Shown here piece by piece: positions 7,423 to 16,860 of a DNA stretch of 19,883 bases. Position 1 is the first letter of the stretch; the number at the start of each line of letters is the position of its first letter. The translations under genes were made by a program, and so were the position numbers. The DNA comes from Candidatus Zixiibacteriota bacterium (lineage in GTDB: Bacteria; Zixibacteria; MSB-5A5; UBA10806; 4484-95): contig JAOZPT010000048.1 of assembly GCA_029932605.1 (NCBI GenBank), forward strand, positions 1-19,883. The letters are read 5' to 3'. The notes beneath the pieces are model-generated. The model did no database searches. It was not told where the DNA came from and saw only the letters and a program-made list of their open reading frames with translations.

Positions 7423-8692
7423 TCTTACGATATCTGGTGGGACGATAGTTGACCCTGTTGATGGTTATTTCGGGCCTGGAGTGATTATAGTAAAAAAGGG
7501 CCTTATAGCAGAGGTCATCAAAAAGGATAAAAGCGGTATCAAAGGCGATATCGATGCTTCCGGGAAATTGGTATGCCCGGGTCTTGTTGATATGCATGTT
7601 CATTTCCGTGAACCCGGTTTTGAGTATAAGGAGACGATCTTCTCTGGTTCGCAGGCGGCGGCCGCTGGAGGGTTTACTTCGGTTGCCTGTATGCCTAATA
7701 CCGAACCTGCCCTGGACAATCAGGAGGCTATTAAGTTTGTCATTCATAAAGCTAGAGAAGCACTTGTCAATGTCTATCCTATAGGGGCTGTTACAAAAAG
7801 AAGAGAGGGGAAAGAGCTTGCTGAGATGGCGGATATGCAGGGTATTGGTGCAGTTGCATTCTCTGATGATGGCAATGGGATTCAAAATAGCGATATCATG
7901 CGTAAAGCACTAGAATATTGCCGTATGCTGGAAGTACCGATTATCTCTCATTGTGAGTACGATGACCTGGCAAACAGCGGGGTAATGAACGAAGGAGTTG
8001 TTTCGACCGTTCTTGGAATGAAGGGTAAGCCCCGTGTTTCAGAAGAGCTGATGATTGCTCGTGATATTATGTTGGCTGATTATACAGGCTCGTATGTGCA
8101 TATCGCCCATGTTACCACTGCCGGCGGTGTGGAGATCATTAAAAGGGCAAAAAGAAAAAATATAAAGGTCACGGCCGAAACCTGCCCTCACTATTTTACC
8201 TTAAGCGATGAGCTGGTTAAAAGTTTTGATACCAGTTACAAGGTTAACCCGCCACTTCGTACCAAAAAGGATATCACCGCAATCAAGAAAGGTTTGTCTT
8301 TGGGAGTTATCGATGTTATCGCTACCGATCACGCCCCTCATGCCTACGAGGAGAAGGCGCTCGAGTTTGACTATGCACCATCGGGAATAATAGGTCTTGA
8401 GACCGCCGTGGGGCTTGTCTCGACTGAACTTGTTAGAAAAAATGTCCTCTCCTGGCCTGAAGCAATAAAGATAATGAGCTTGGCTCCCGCAAAAATACTC
8501 AATATTCCCGCGGGCACGTTGAAAGTTGGAGTGCCTGCTGATATCACCATTATTGACCCTGAACTTGAGTGGAAAGTTTCGGAGAATGATTTTCGATCTT
8601 TATCAAAAAACTCTCCCTATATTGGAAGAAAATTGACAGGCCGGCCGGTGTGCACGATTGTCGCAGGCAAAAAAGTGTTTGAGCTTTTATAA
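7415..8692 (+). CDS. pyrC: Dihydroorotase (long, type I)
   Basis: DMHVHFREPG, CMPNT, AETCPHY, KVNPPLR, IATDHAPH, SKNSPY. Start chosen at TTG 7415 behind GAGGA (ORF track begins at GTG 7400). Confidence 0.95.
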   Translation: MSDLTISGGTIVDPVDGYFGPGVIIVKKGLIAEVIKKDKSGIKGDIDASGKLVCPGLVDMHVHFREPGFEYKETIFSGSQAAAAGGFTSVACMPNTEPALDNQEAIKFVIHKAREALVNVYPIGAVTKRREGKELAEMADMQGIGAVAFSDDGNGIQNSDIMRKALEYCRMLEVPIISHCEYDDLANSGVMNEGVVSTVLGMKGKPRVSEELMIARDIMLADYTGSYVHIAHVTTAGGVEIIKRAKRKNIKVTAETCPHYFTLSDELVKSFDTSYKVNPPLRTKKDITAIKKGLSLGVIDVIATDHAPHAYEEKALEFDYAPSGIIGLETAVGLVSTELVRKNVLSWPEAIKIMSLAPAKILNIPAGTLKVGVPADITIIDPELEWKVSENDFRSLSKNSPYIGRKLTGRPVCTIVAGKKVFELL

Positions 8693-8790
8693 GAAATGAC
8701 CGTTTTTTAAACCTGATGCTATGTTTTATCTTTAATACCTTGATAATCTGAACATCTCGATGGGAAATTATTATATGGACTGTTGATGAA

Positions 8791-9903
8791 ATGCGCCATA
8801 ATCCGAGGGTGAGCAAAATAATATTTTTTGCTATCCTTTATTTGTTAACATCGATTTTTATTATCTCGTTGATTCAATTTCATGGGTTAACCGATGAGAG
8901 GACTGGCGTTATCTGTATGGTAGATTTTAACGCCCATAAGCCTTTTGCTTATCGTATACTGATGCCCTCCATTATCAGATTTATTGATATATTAACGCCT
9001 GGTTTGATAAAATATAGGATAAGTAAGTGGATGTCTGGTATGATTATTGATAAGCAAAAAACCGTATATGCAGATATACCGGAGAAGATAAAATCAATAC
9101 AAGATGAAAACGGATATAGGATAGCGATTTACCAGGTTTTGAATTTGCTATCGCTTTTTATGTTCCTTCTATCATTGCGGTTTATGGCGAAGAACCTGAT
9201 TGACTTATCTGAATCAGCGTATAATATACTGCCGTTGGGAATGGCTGTTGTTATACCTGTATTTTTGGATTATCCCAATTATATGTACGATTTTCTCAAC
9301 CTGTTTTTATTTACCGCGGGTTTGATATTATTATATAGGGAAAAATGGAACTTGTATCTGATAATCCTGACTCTGGCGATATTAAATAAAGAAACTGCTA
9401 TATTGCTTTCCGTTGTATTTGTGATCTTTTATTTCAATAAGATCGATAGACCCATGTTTTTTTCATTACTGGCCATCCAGGTTGGCCTTTTTGTGATAAT
9501 AAAACTATCTTTGTATTTTATATTTAAAGACAATCCGGGGGGATTTGTTGAGTTGCATCTATTGAGGAACTTATCTTACCTTTCGAAGGCAAGCAACTAT
9601 TTCAGATTTGAAAGCATATCAACATGCCTGCTTTCCCTTTCAGGTTTGAATTTTCCTGTCCCGAGAGGACTTAATTTATTTGTAATAGCCTTAGTTGCCC
9701 TGACGGTATTCTGGGGATGGTTTTCAAAATCCCTGTTTCTCAGAAAATCTGCAATAATTGCTATAATACTGTTTGTCCTATGTTTGCCTTTCGGCCACAT
9801 TGAGGAGTTGAGGGATTATTATGAGGCTTTGCCCATTATTTATCTCCTTGGAGTATCGGGTTTATTGAAGATGATGAAGAGTTTTGGAATAATAAAACCA
9901 TGA
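8791..9903 (+). CDS. Polytopic membrane protein, possibly GT-C-fold glycosyltransferase-like
   Basis: Many hydrophobic helices; PFAYRIL loop after the first TM, mid-protein NKETA, late ELRDYYE. Confidence 0.55.
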   Translation: MRHNPRVSKIIFFAILYLLTSIFIISLIQFHGLTDERTGVICMVDFNAHKPFAYRILMPSIIRFIDILTPGLIKYRISKWMSGMIIDKQKTVYADIPEKIKSIQDENGYRIAIYQVLNLLSLFMFLLSLRFMAKNLIDLSESAYNILPLGMAVVIPVFLDYPNYMYDFLNLFLFTAGLILLYREKWNLYLIILTLAILNKETAILLSVVFVIFYFNKIDRPMFFSLLAIQVGLFVIIKLSLYFIFKDNPGGFVELHLLRNLSYLSKASNYFRFESISTCLLSLSGLNFPVPRGLNLFVIALVALTVFWGWFSKSLFLRKSAIIAIILFVLCLPFGHIEELRDYYEALPIIYLLGVSGLLKMMKSFGIIKP

Positions 9904-9912
9904 GGAATTGTC

Positions 9913-10332
9913 ATGCCTGTAAAGACATTTAATTTCACAGTCAGGTCAAAAGGTTTTTGCCATATCGAGGATATCACCAGCCAGGTGCAGGATTTTCTTA
10001 GCCGCTCCGGTTTAAGCGATGGTATAGCCTGTGTGGCTGTTGCCGGTTCAACCGCCGGTATCAGCACAATCGAATACGAGCCAGGATTGTTAGAAGACAT
10101 TCCCGAGTTTTTTGAAAGCCTTTTGCCCTCGGATAGACCGTATCATCATGACCAGACCTGGCATGATGGCAATGGTTTTTCACACATGCGCTCGTTCTTA
10201 TTAAAGACATCTCATTGTATCCCCTTTAACGATAAGAAATTAACGCTGGGCACCTGGCAACAGATAGTATTAGCCGATTTCGATAATCGATCCCGAACTC
10301 GTAAAATAATTGTCCAGCTGGTGGGAGAATAG
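9913..10332 (+). CDS. yjbQ: YjbQ/UPF0047 family protein (secondary thiamine-phosphate synthase)
   Basis: DITSQV, GSTAGI, YEPGL, NGFSHMRS, LGTWQQI, R.I.VQ; RBS GAGGA. Confidence 0.92.
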   Translation: MPVKTFNFTVRSKGFCHIEDITSQVQDFLSRSGLSDGIACVAVAGSTAGISTIEYEPGLLEDIPEFFESLLPSDRPYHHDQTWHDGNGFSHMRSFLLKTSHCIPFNDKKLTLGTWQQIVLADFDNRSRTRKIIVQLVGE

Positions 10333-10343
10333 TTATATTGCCT

Positions 10344-11100
10344 GTTAGATATAAGGAGGAAATAAATGTTAAAAATGGAACAGACTTCTAAAGGACAGTA
10401 TTACCAGTACACAAAGGATATCACATCGATCACAAAATTTCTCAAAATTATGTTATGGATTTCTTTGGGGATTGTCATTATTTCATTATTATCAGATTTG
10501 ATGCAAATGAACCTTATCAGCTCAGGCTCGTTCTCTCAAGAACAAGCAGAGGCTAATGACACTCGGCAACAAATCGTAGGTTGGCTAGACTTGGTTGCGT
10601 TTGTCGTGACTGGTATTACATTCCTGAAGTGGATATATCGGGCAAACACAAATTGTCATGGATTCCGCGCACAAGGGATGAAATTTAGTCCGGGGTGGTC
10701 AATTGGTTGGTATTTTATACCCATTGCAAGTTTGTGGAAGCCATTCCAAGCTATGGAAGAAATCTGGAAAGTTAGTATAAATCCTCTTAACTGGCAGAAT
10801 GAGCAAGGTAGTCCTTTGCTGGCCTGGTGGTGGGTACTGTGGTTGATATCCGGTTTCTTGGGACAAGCCTCATTTTCAATGTCAATGAGCGCGGATACAA
10901 TCAGTTCTTTACAAGCGTCCACAACCGTATCAATTTTATTGGGAATCGTAGATATTCCTTTGTATATAATTGCTGTATCACTTGTTTCTGAGATTTTCAA
11001 AAAGCAGGAAAAACTGGTAAGAAAAATTGTCTAAGAAGGTGCCTCGACGGGCAGAAATTCCGTTGCAGTGCATTGCCGGCGTGAGCTTTGGTCTCAGCAT
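10344..11100 (+). mobile_element. Putative decayed integron gene cassette (core site, single gene, eroded attC)
   Basis: GTTAGAT (GTTRRRY) at 10344-10350 just before the RBS; stop codon inside GTCTAAG (near RYYYAAC, complementary to TTAGA); ~70-nt GC-rich imperfect palindrome with GTGAGC at 11081-11086. Confidence 0.55.
10366..11034 (+). CDS. DUF4328-like membrane protein
   Basis: RBS TAAGGAGG; about 4 TM segments; FLKWIYRA..N, SPGWSIGWYFIPIASLWKPFQAM.EIW, WWVLW. Confidence 0.8.
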   Translation: MLKMEQTSKGQYYQYTKDITSITKFLKIMLWISLGIVIISLLSDLMQMNLISSGSFSQEQAEANDTRQQIVGWLDLVAFVVTGITFLKWIYRANTNCHGFRAQGMKFSPGWSIGWYFIPIASLWKPFQAMEEIWKVSINPLNWQNEQGSPLLAWWWVLWLISGFLGQASFSMSMSADTISSLQASTTVSILLGIVDIPLYIIAVSLVSEIFKKQEKLVRKIV

Positions 11101-11148
11101 GGTATGGGCTAGACTAACATATTTTCGCATTGACAGATTTACTTCTCG

Positions 11149-11224
11149 GTCGTTGCGAGCGATCGAAGGGAGTGTGGCAATCTCCCCAATTAGAATGCCT
11201 CTATTCTTTGCTCCTCCCAATGAC
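11149..11224. repeat. Palindromic intergenic repeat (GTCATTGCGAG...CTCGCAATGAC type), degenerate
   Basis: Outer inverted repeat GTCGTTGCGAG / CTCCCAATGAC (9/11) and inner GGCAATCT / AGAATGCC (7/8). Confidence 0.65.
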
Positions 11225-11330
11225 ATTTTATTTCAACTTTATTTGCGGGATGCACCACTTGTAATATCGTATCAGATGTAGTACAAGTAGTAAGAGTTAT
11301 ACTTTGAAAGGTAATAACGGGTGAAATAGA

Positions 11331-12311
11331 ATGAAAATTGAACAAAAGCTTGATTTTGCCACACTTGATTGGAAAGAGAAATATCTTCGCATTATAGACC
11401 AGCGTCAACTTCCCGAAAAGCTGGTTTATTTTGATTGCTATGAAGTATCTGATTTTGTAGAGGCTATAAAGAATTTGGTGATTCGTGGTGCACCGGCTAT
11501 AGGATGCACCGCTGCCTATGGAATTGCTATAGCTGCTAAAAAAGGTGATGACCTGATCAAAGCCTCCAGGATGTTACAGGATACACGGCCTACCGCTGTT
11601 AACCTTTCCTGGGCTGTAAACAGGATGATGAACGTTGCTAAAGATTGTGATAACGATCCACTCATACTTGAAAAAGAAGCCGTGAAAATCCATAATGAAG
11701 ACGCATCAATGTGCAGGCGCATTGGTGAATTTGGCGCAGAGCTAATTAAAGATGGGGATAGTGTGCTTACCCATTGCAATGCCGGGGCGCTGGCAACCGG
11801 CGGGATAGGGACAGCTCTGGGTATAGTCTATACTGCCTTTTTCTCCGGTAAGGATATCTCTGTTTGGGTTGATGAGACAAGACCCATGCTTCAGGGAGCA
11901 CGCCTCACTGCCTGGGAACTTGGTCGGGTAAAAGTTCCGCATACGTTGATATGCGATAATGTGGCAGCGTCGCTTATGGCCAAGGGCAAAGTCGATTGTG
12001 TTATAACTGGTGCTGATAGGATAGCCGCCAACTACGATGTCGCTAATAAAATAGGCACATATAACCTGGCAGTCTTGTGCCATCATCATAAAATCCCATT
12101 TTACGTGGCGGCTCCTTCATCCACATTGGATTCTGACTGCCCTGATGGTAAATCCGTTGTAATTGAACAACGACCTGCTGATGAGGTTAGTTTGATAAAA
12201 GGTCAAAGCATTGCTCCTGGTGGTGTAAATGTATATAACCCAGCATTTGATATTACCCCCAGCAATTTAATAACAGCTGTAATAACCGAAAACGGTATTA
12301 CTGAGCCATAA
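11331..12311 (+). CDS. mtnA: S-methyl-5-thioribose-1-phosphate isomerase
   Basis: IDQRQLP, IRGAPAIG, RPTAVNL, LTHCNAGALATGGIGTALG, DETRPMLQGARLTAWEL, GADRIA, NKIGTY, NPAFDITP. Confidence 0.96.
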   Translation: MKIEQKLDFATLDWKEKYLRIIDQRQLPEKLVYFDCYEVSDFVEAIKNLVIRGAPAIGCTAAYGIAIAAKKGDDLIKASRMLQDTRPTAVNLSWAVNRMMNVAKDCDNDPLILEKEAVKIHNEDASMCRRIGEFGAELIKDGDSVLTHCNAGALATGGIGTALGIVYTAFFSGKDISVWVDETRPMLQGARLTAWELGRVKVPHTLICDNVAASLMAKGKVDCVITGADRIAANYDVANKIGTYNLAVLCHHHKIPFYVAAPSSTLDSDCPDGKSVVIEQRPADEVSLIKGQSIAPGGVNVYNPAFDITPSNLITAVITENGITEP

Positions 12312-12394
12312 TGTAAATTTTAGATATCATATTGTTAAATGGATTTATTAAAAAAAAGCGGTTTTGTCCGATATTTAAAAAGTTGATAAAGCGC

Positions 12395-12422
12395 TTGACA
12401 TTAATAAATTTATAAGTAAATT
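12395..12422 (+). promoter_or_regulatory. Putative sigma70 promoter of the rplM operon
   Basis: TTGACA-N16-TAAATT, about 70 nt upstream of rplM. Confidence 0.55.
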
Positions 12423-12493
12423 AGTAAATTTGTTATAAATGAGTGATGCCTGTTTTTTGGTTTGTTGAAACTTGTTGTTGATAAGGAGCTTTG

Positions 12494-12922
12494 ATGAAAA
12501 CTTTCGTACCTCAGCCTTCAGAGCACAACCGTAAATGGTATCTAATCGATGCCAGTGATAAGGTGCTGGGGCGGTTAGCATCCGAGATAGCTAAAAAAAT
12601 AAGGGGTAAGGACAATCCGCTTTTTACGCCGTATTTTGATATGGGCGCATCTGTGGTTGTGATAAATGCGGAAAAAGTCAGGTTAACTGGCAAGAAGAAA
12701 CAGATGAAGAAATATTACTGGCATACGGGTTACCCAGGTGGTCTTAAATCGGAAAGTGTTGAGAGGATGTTGGCAACCCATCCCGAGAGGGTAATACAGA
12801 ATGCGGTTAAGGGAATGTTACCCAAAAACCGGCTGGGTAGAAAACTCAACAAAAGACTTTTCATCTATGCTGGTTCAAAACATCCTCATCAAGCGCAAAT
12901 GTTAGAACCATTAGAAATATAA
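12494..12922 (+). CDS. rplM: 50S ribosomal protein L13 (uL13)
   Basis: [58 protein letters not shown] favours ATG 12494. Confidence 0.98.
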   Translation: MKTFVPQPSEHNRKWYLIDASDKVLGRLASEIAKKIRGKDNPLFTPYFDMGASVVVINAEKVRLTGKKKQMKKYYWHTGYPGGLKSESVERMLATHPERVIQNAVKGMLPKNRLGRKLNKRLFIYAGSKHPHQAQMLEPLEI

Positions 12923-12933
12923 AGGGAGGTGAT

Positions 12934-13326
12934 TTGAAACAAGATTTTTTCAGGGGAACTGGAACCCGAAAAACAACGGTGGCTCAAATTCGGCTGAAAC
13001 CCGGAACGGGTAAATATTCCATCAATGGCCGTGATATAAAAGAGTACCTGCGTCATCAGAGGTTTGTGTCTTTGGCTTTGGAACCTCTTGGAGAGACAAG
13101 ACTTTTGGGCAGGTTTGATGTTATCGCCAAGGTTAGTGGTGGAGGTCTTTCTGGGCAGGCCGGTGCTTTTCAACTTGGGCTGGCCAGGGCTTTGGTCCAG
13201 TATGACCCACAGCTTCGTGTTAGCCTTAAGAAAAAGGGTTTTTTGACACGTGACCCCCGTATGGTCGAGCGAAAGAAATACGGGATGGTTAAGGCTCGTA
13301 AACGTTTTCAGTTCTCTAAACGTTAA
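12934..13326 (+). CDS. rpsI: 30S ribosomal protein S9 (uS9)
   Basis: [38 protein letters not shown] start behind GGAGGTG. Confidence 0.98.
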   Translation: MKQDFFRGTGTRKTTVAQIRLKPGTGKYSINGRDIKEYLRHQRFVSLALEPLGETRLLGRFDVIAKVSGGGLSGQAGAFQLGLARALVQYDPQLRVSLKKKGFLTRDPRMVERKKYGMVKARKRFQFSKR

Positions 13327-13344
13327 TGGATTAATAGATAAATG

Positions 13345-13420
13345 ACGCACATCGGTGGACTTACAGCGGGGTCCCCTGTTGGGGTCGCTGAGGGATGATG
13401 CCGATGGAGGATTAAAACCA
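13345..13420 (+). ncRNA. rpsB (S2) autoregulatory leader RNA, t44-like cis element
   Basis: Nested stems CATCGGT/GCCGATG, CAGCG/CGCTG and CCCC-TGTT-GGGG with GGGT on both sides, flanked by GCAC and GGAGG, directly upstream of rpsB. Confidence 0.8.
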
Positions 13421-13445
13421 AACCAACCACCAAGGGAAGGATTAC

Positions 13446-14171
13446 ATGTCGCAAATTGATATCAAAGAACTCCTCGAGGCAGGGGTGCATTTTGGGCACC
13501 AGACCAAACGCTGGAACCCGAAGATGAAAAAGTATATTTTTACGGCTCGCAACGGAATCTATATCATTGACCTTAAAAAAACTTTCCTTTCTATTCAGAG
13601 GGCTCAGGCCAAGCTCCGTGAGATTGCTGAAAAAGGGGAAAAAGTAATTTTTGTTGGGACAAAGAAACAGGCCAAGATGGTAATTAAGGAAGAGGCTACT
13701 AGGTGCGGACAATTTTATGTCACAGAGCGTTGGTTGGGGGGAACCCTGACAAACTTCCAGACGATCAAGCAAAACATTAAAAGGTTAAGAAATATTGAGA
13801 AGATGAAAGAGGAAAACCTCTTTGAAAGCATGACCAAAAAAGAGGGCATGATGCTTGAAAAAGAAAGAGCCCGTCTGGAAAAATATTTAACAGGTATTAA
13901 AGAAATGTATAAGTTGCCATCGGCTCTTGTAGTTGTTGATGCTAAAAAGGAGCGGATTGCCGTAGCCGAGGCTAACAAATTGAAAATCCCGGTGATTGCC
14001 ATTATTGATACTAATACCGATCCCGACCCCATTGATTATCCTATAGCCGCTAACGATGATGCTATTAAATCAATAAGCGTGATAATCCGAGCATTAGCTG
14101 ATGTTATGATTGAGGGTGCAACCCAGATGGAGAAAGAAATAAGTGAAAAGGAAGCGGTGGAGGAATCATAA
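13446..14171 (+). CDS. rpsB: 30S ribosomal protein S2 (uS2)
   Basis: [51 protein letters not shown]. Confidence 0.98.
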   Translation: MSQIDIKELLEAGVHFGHQTKRWNPKMKKYIFTARNGIYIIDLKKTFLSIQRAQAKLREIAEKGEKVIFVGTKKQAKMVIKEEATRCGQFYVTERWLGGTLTNFQTIKQNIKRLRNIEKMKEENLFESMTKKEGMMLEKERARLEKYLTGIKEMYKLPSALVVVDAKKERIAVAEANKLKIPVIAIIDTNTDPDPIDYPIAANDDAIKSISVIIRALADVMIEGATQMEKEISEKEAVEES

Positions 14172-14765
14172 ATGGAAATCACTGCATCAATGGTAAAACA
14201 GTTGAGGGAGAAGACTGGCGCAGGTATGATGGACTGTAAAAAAGCCCTGATAAAAGCTGATGGTGATATGGAAAAAGCGATAACAATCTTACGTGAGCAG
14301 GGCTTGGCCAAAGCGGCCCGTAAAGCAGGACGAGCGGTAAAAGAGGGGTTAATCATGGCTTATATACATCCTGGTGATAAACTTGGAGTACTCGTTGAAA
14401 TAAATTGCGAAACCGATTTCGTCGCTCGCACTGATGATTTTAAAAACTTCTGCAAAGATATCGCCATGCAGATTGCTGCCACCAATCCGTTGGTTGTGAA
14501 AAGGGAGGATATCAGAGCGGAACTTATCGAAAAGGAAAAAGATATTTACAGAACACAAGCAATAAACGAGGGCAAGCCGGAGAAGGTTGTTGACAGAATT
14601 GTCGAGGGAAAACTCGAAAAATATTTTCAGGAGGTGACTCTTCTTGAACAACCTTTTATCAAAGACCAGGATAAAAATATAAAAGATATCCTTACCGAAG
14701 CAATAGCCCGTCTGGGTGAAAACATACAAATTAAAAGATTTACCAGATATCGCCTTGGAGAATAA
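14172..14765 (+). CDS. tsf: Translation elongation factor Ts (short, 197 aa form)
   Basis: VKQLREKTGAGMMDCKKAL, EINCETDFVA, GKPEKV, LLEQPFIKD. Confidence 0.97.
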   Translation: MEITASMVKQLREKTGAGMMDCKKALIKADGDMEKAITILREQGLAKAARKAGRAVKEGLIMAYIHPGDKLGVLVEINCETDFVARTDDFKNFCKDIAMQIAATNPLVVKREDIRAELIEKEKDIYRTQAINEGKPEKVVDRIVEGKLEKYFQEVTLLEQPFIKDQDKNIKDILTEAIARLGENIQIKRFTRYRLGE

Positions 14766-14766
14766 T

Positions 14767-15519
14767 GTGCCTGCATCCAAAGCGAGAAAAACCGGATCGT
14801 CATCGATGAGGAAATTAAAATACAAAAGAGTGCTTTTAAAACTCTCCGGTGAAATGTTAATGGGCAAAAAAGAGGCAGGTCTTGATTTGCAAATGGTCGA
14901 TTCTATCTGCCGTCAGGTTACGAAAGTTAAAGATCTGGGTGTTGAGATAGCTTTGGTAATTGGTGGTGGAAATATATTCCGGGGGATAACCTCAACTGCT
15001 AAAGGAATAGGCAGGGTATCTGCTGATTATATGGGTATGCTGGCTACAGTGATAAACGCATTAGCGCTTCAGGAATGTCTTGAGAGATTGGGATATTTTA
15101 CAAGAGTCATGTCGGCAATACAGATAGATAAAGTTTGTGAGTTGTTTATTCGCCGGAGAGCTGTTCGTCACCTTGAGAAAGGGCGTATTGTGATTTTTGC
15201 TGGTGGAACCGGTAATCCCTATTTCACAACCGATACAGCGGCGGCTTTGAGAGCAATAGAGATAGATGCTGAAATACTTCTTAAAGGTACCAAGGTTGAT
15301 GGTGTTTACGATGCTGACCCGGTTAAAGAGCCCAAAGCGGTCATGTTTAAAAGGCTTACTCATACGGACATTCTACAAAAGAATTTGAAGATAATGGATG
15401 CAACAGCGGCTTCTCTTTGCCGCGAAAACGATATTCCAATAGTCGTCTTTAACTTATACCAGAGAGAAAATTTACTGAAGATAATTTTAGGTAAAACAAT
15501 AGGTACTATGGTTAGTTAG
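14767..15519 (+). CDS. pyrH: Uridylate kinase
   Basis: YKRVLLKLSGE, GGGNIFRG, DYMGMLATVIN, GTGNPYFTTDTAAALRA, KVDGVYDADP. Start is GTG 14767 (GGAG upstream) or ATG 14806. Confidence 0.96.
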   Translation: MPASKARKTGSSSMRKLKYKRVLLKLSGEMLMGKKEAGLDLQMVDSICRQVTKVKDLGVEIALVIGGGNIFRGITSTAKGIGRVSADYMGMLATVINALALQECLERLGYFTRVMSAIQIDKVCELFIRRRAVRHLEKGRIVIFAGGTGNPYFTTDTAAALRAIEIDAEILLKGTKVDGVYDADPVKEPKAVMFKRLTHTDILQKNLKIMDATAASLCRENDIPIVVFNLYQRENLLKIILGKTIGTMVS

Positions 15520-15528
15520 GGAATGGTC

Positions 15529-16086
15529 ATGTTAGAGAAAATTTATGTTGAAGCAAAAGAGAAAATGAAGAAAGCTGTGGATGCCATAAATCGTGAGCTT
15601 GCCGGTATCAGAACCGGTAGGGCTACTCCCAAGATTCTTGACGGCATCAAGGTTGAATACTATGGCGCTCTTACCCCGTTAAAACAACTGGCATCTATTA
15701 CCTCGCCTGACCCCAAGTATCTGGTGGTTCAGCCGTGGGAGAAAGATGTCATCACCGATATAGTAAAAGCCATTCAGAAAGCGGACCTAGGATTGAATCC
15801 GATTGCTGAGGGTAGCGTTGTAAGGTTACCCATACCACCCTTAAACGAAGAACGGCGTCGGGAAGTTGTCAGACTTGTTAAAAAGATTGGTGAAGAGGGT
15901 AAGATATCCATAAGGAACATTCGCCGCGAAGCCAACGACAAAATTAAGAAAGCTCAAAAGGATTCAGATATTTCCGAGGATGACCTTGAGCGAGGACAAA
16001 AACGGATACAGGAACTTACCGATGATTATATTTCCAATATTTCGGAGATAGTTAGTTTAAAGGAACAGGAGATTATGGAGGTATAA
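15529..16086 (+). CDS. frr: Ribosome recycling factor
   Basis: IRTGRA, VEYYG, DLGLNP, PPLNEERR, IRNIRR, KEQEIMEV. Start ATG 15529 (alternative 15523). Confidence 0.97.
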   Translation: MLEKIYVEAKEKMKKAVDAINRELAGIRTGRATPKILDGIKVEYYGALTPLKQLASITSPDPKYLVVQPWEKDVITDIVKAIQKADLGLNPIAEGSVVRLPIPPLNEERRREVVRLVKKIGEEGKISIRNIRREANDKIKKAQKDSDISEDDLERGQKRIQELTDDYISNISEIVSLKEQEIMEV

Positions 16087-16090
16087 TAAC

Positions 16091-16858
16091 ATGTCCTCCA
16101 TTAATACATTGAAAAAGCAGATCTTAAGCCAGGGTGAACTTCCCAATCACATCGCCATTATCATGGATGGTAATGGTCGATGGGCGAAAAAAAGAGGTTT
16201 ACCCAGGACCGTTGGTCACAAATATGGCGTTAAGGCTGTCAAGAAGGTTGTTCGGGCTGCCGGTGAAATAGGTATAAAATATCTAACCCTGTATACTTTC
16301 TCAACCGAGAACTGGAAGCGGCCTAAAAAGGAAGTCTCGGCCATAATGAATCTTCTTTATGAAACCACCCGCCGGGAATTAAACGAACTTTTGGAAAATA
16401 ATGTTCGCCTTATTACCACAGGTGACATCGAGGCTTTATCACCGCGCCGGCGCAAGATGTTAAAGGAGGCCATCGCCCTCACTGCCAACGATACCGGTCT
16501 TACTTTGAATCTGGCTCTCAATTATTCCGGCCGTTTTGAGATACTTCAGGCGGTTAAAAATATCGCTGTTGATTATGCCAAGGGCGCGTTTAAAATCGAT
16601 GATATCGATGGAGAACTTTTTTCCTCGTATCTCCAAACAAATGGTTTACCTGACCCCGACCTTCTAATAAGGACTTCCGGTGAGATGCGTATTTCCAATT
16701 TCCTGTTATGGCAGACATCTTATACCGAGATGTATATCACCGATGTATTATGGCCCGATTTTGATGAGAAAGAGTTTTATAGGGCGATTATCGATTTTCA
16801 GGGTCGTGAGAGAAGGTTTGGCCGGGTGAAGCGAGCAAAAAAATCTAAAGGGACCTGA
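16091..16858 (+). CDS. uppS: Undecaprenyl-diphosphate synthase (cis-isoprenyl transferase)
   Basis: HIAIIMDGNGRWA, FSTENWKRP, NYSGR, PDLLIRTSGEMRISNFLLWQ, LWPDF, RERRFG. Confidence 0.97.
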   Translation: MSSINTLKKQILSQGELPNHIAIIMDGNGRWAKKRGLPRTVGHKYGVKAVKKVVRAAGEIGIKYLTLYTFSTENWKRPKKEVSAIMNLLYETTRRELNELLENNVRLITTGDIEALSPRRRKMLKEAIALTANDTGLTLNLALNYSGRFEILQAVKNIAVDYAKGAFKIDDIDGELFSSYLQTNGLPDPDLLIRTSGEMRISNFLLWQTSYTEMYITDVLWPDFDEKEFYRAIIDFQGRERRFGRVKRAKKSKGT

Positions 16859-16860
16859 GA

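Noticed and set aside
11027..11281. 84-aa + strand ORF (and minus-strand ORFs 10978-11226, 11190-11408)
   Set aside because: They run across the attC-like remnant and the palindromic repeat, lack an RBS or recognisable motif, and are best explained as chance ORFs.
14716..14766. N-terminal extension of PyrH overlapping tsf
   Set aside because: A 50-nt overlap with no similarity to UMP kinases; better starts exist at 14767 or 14806.
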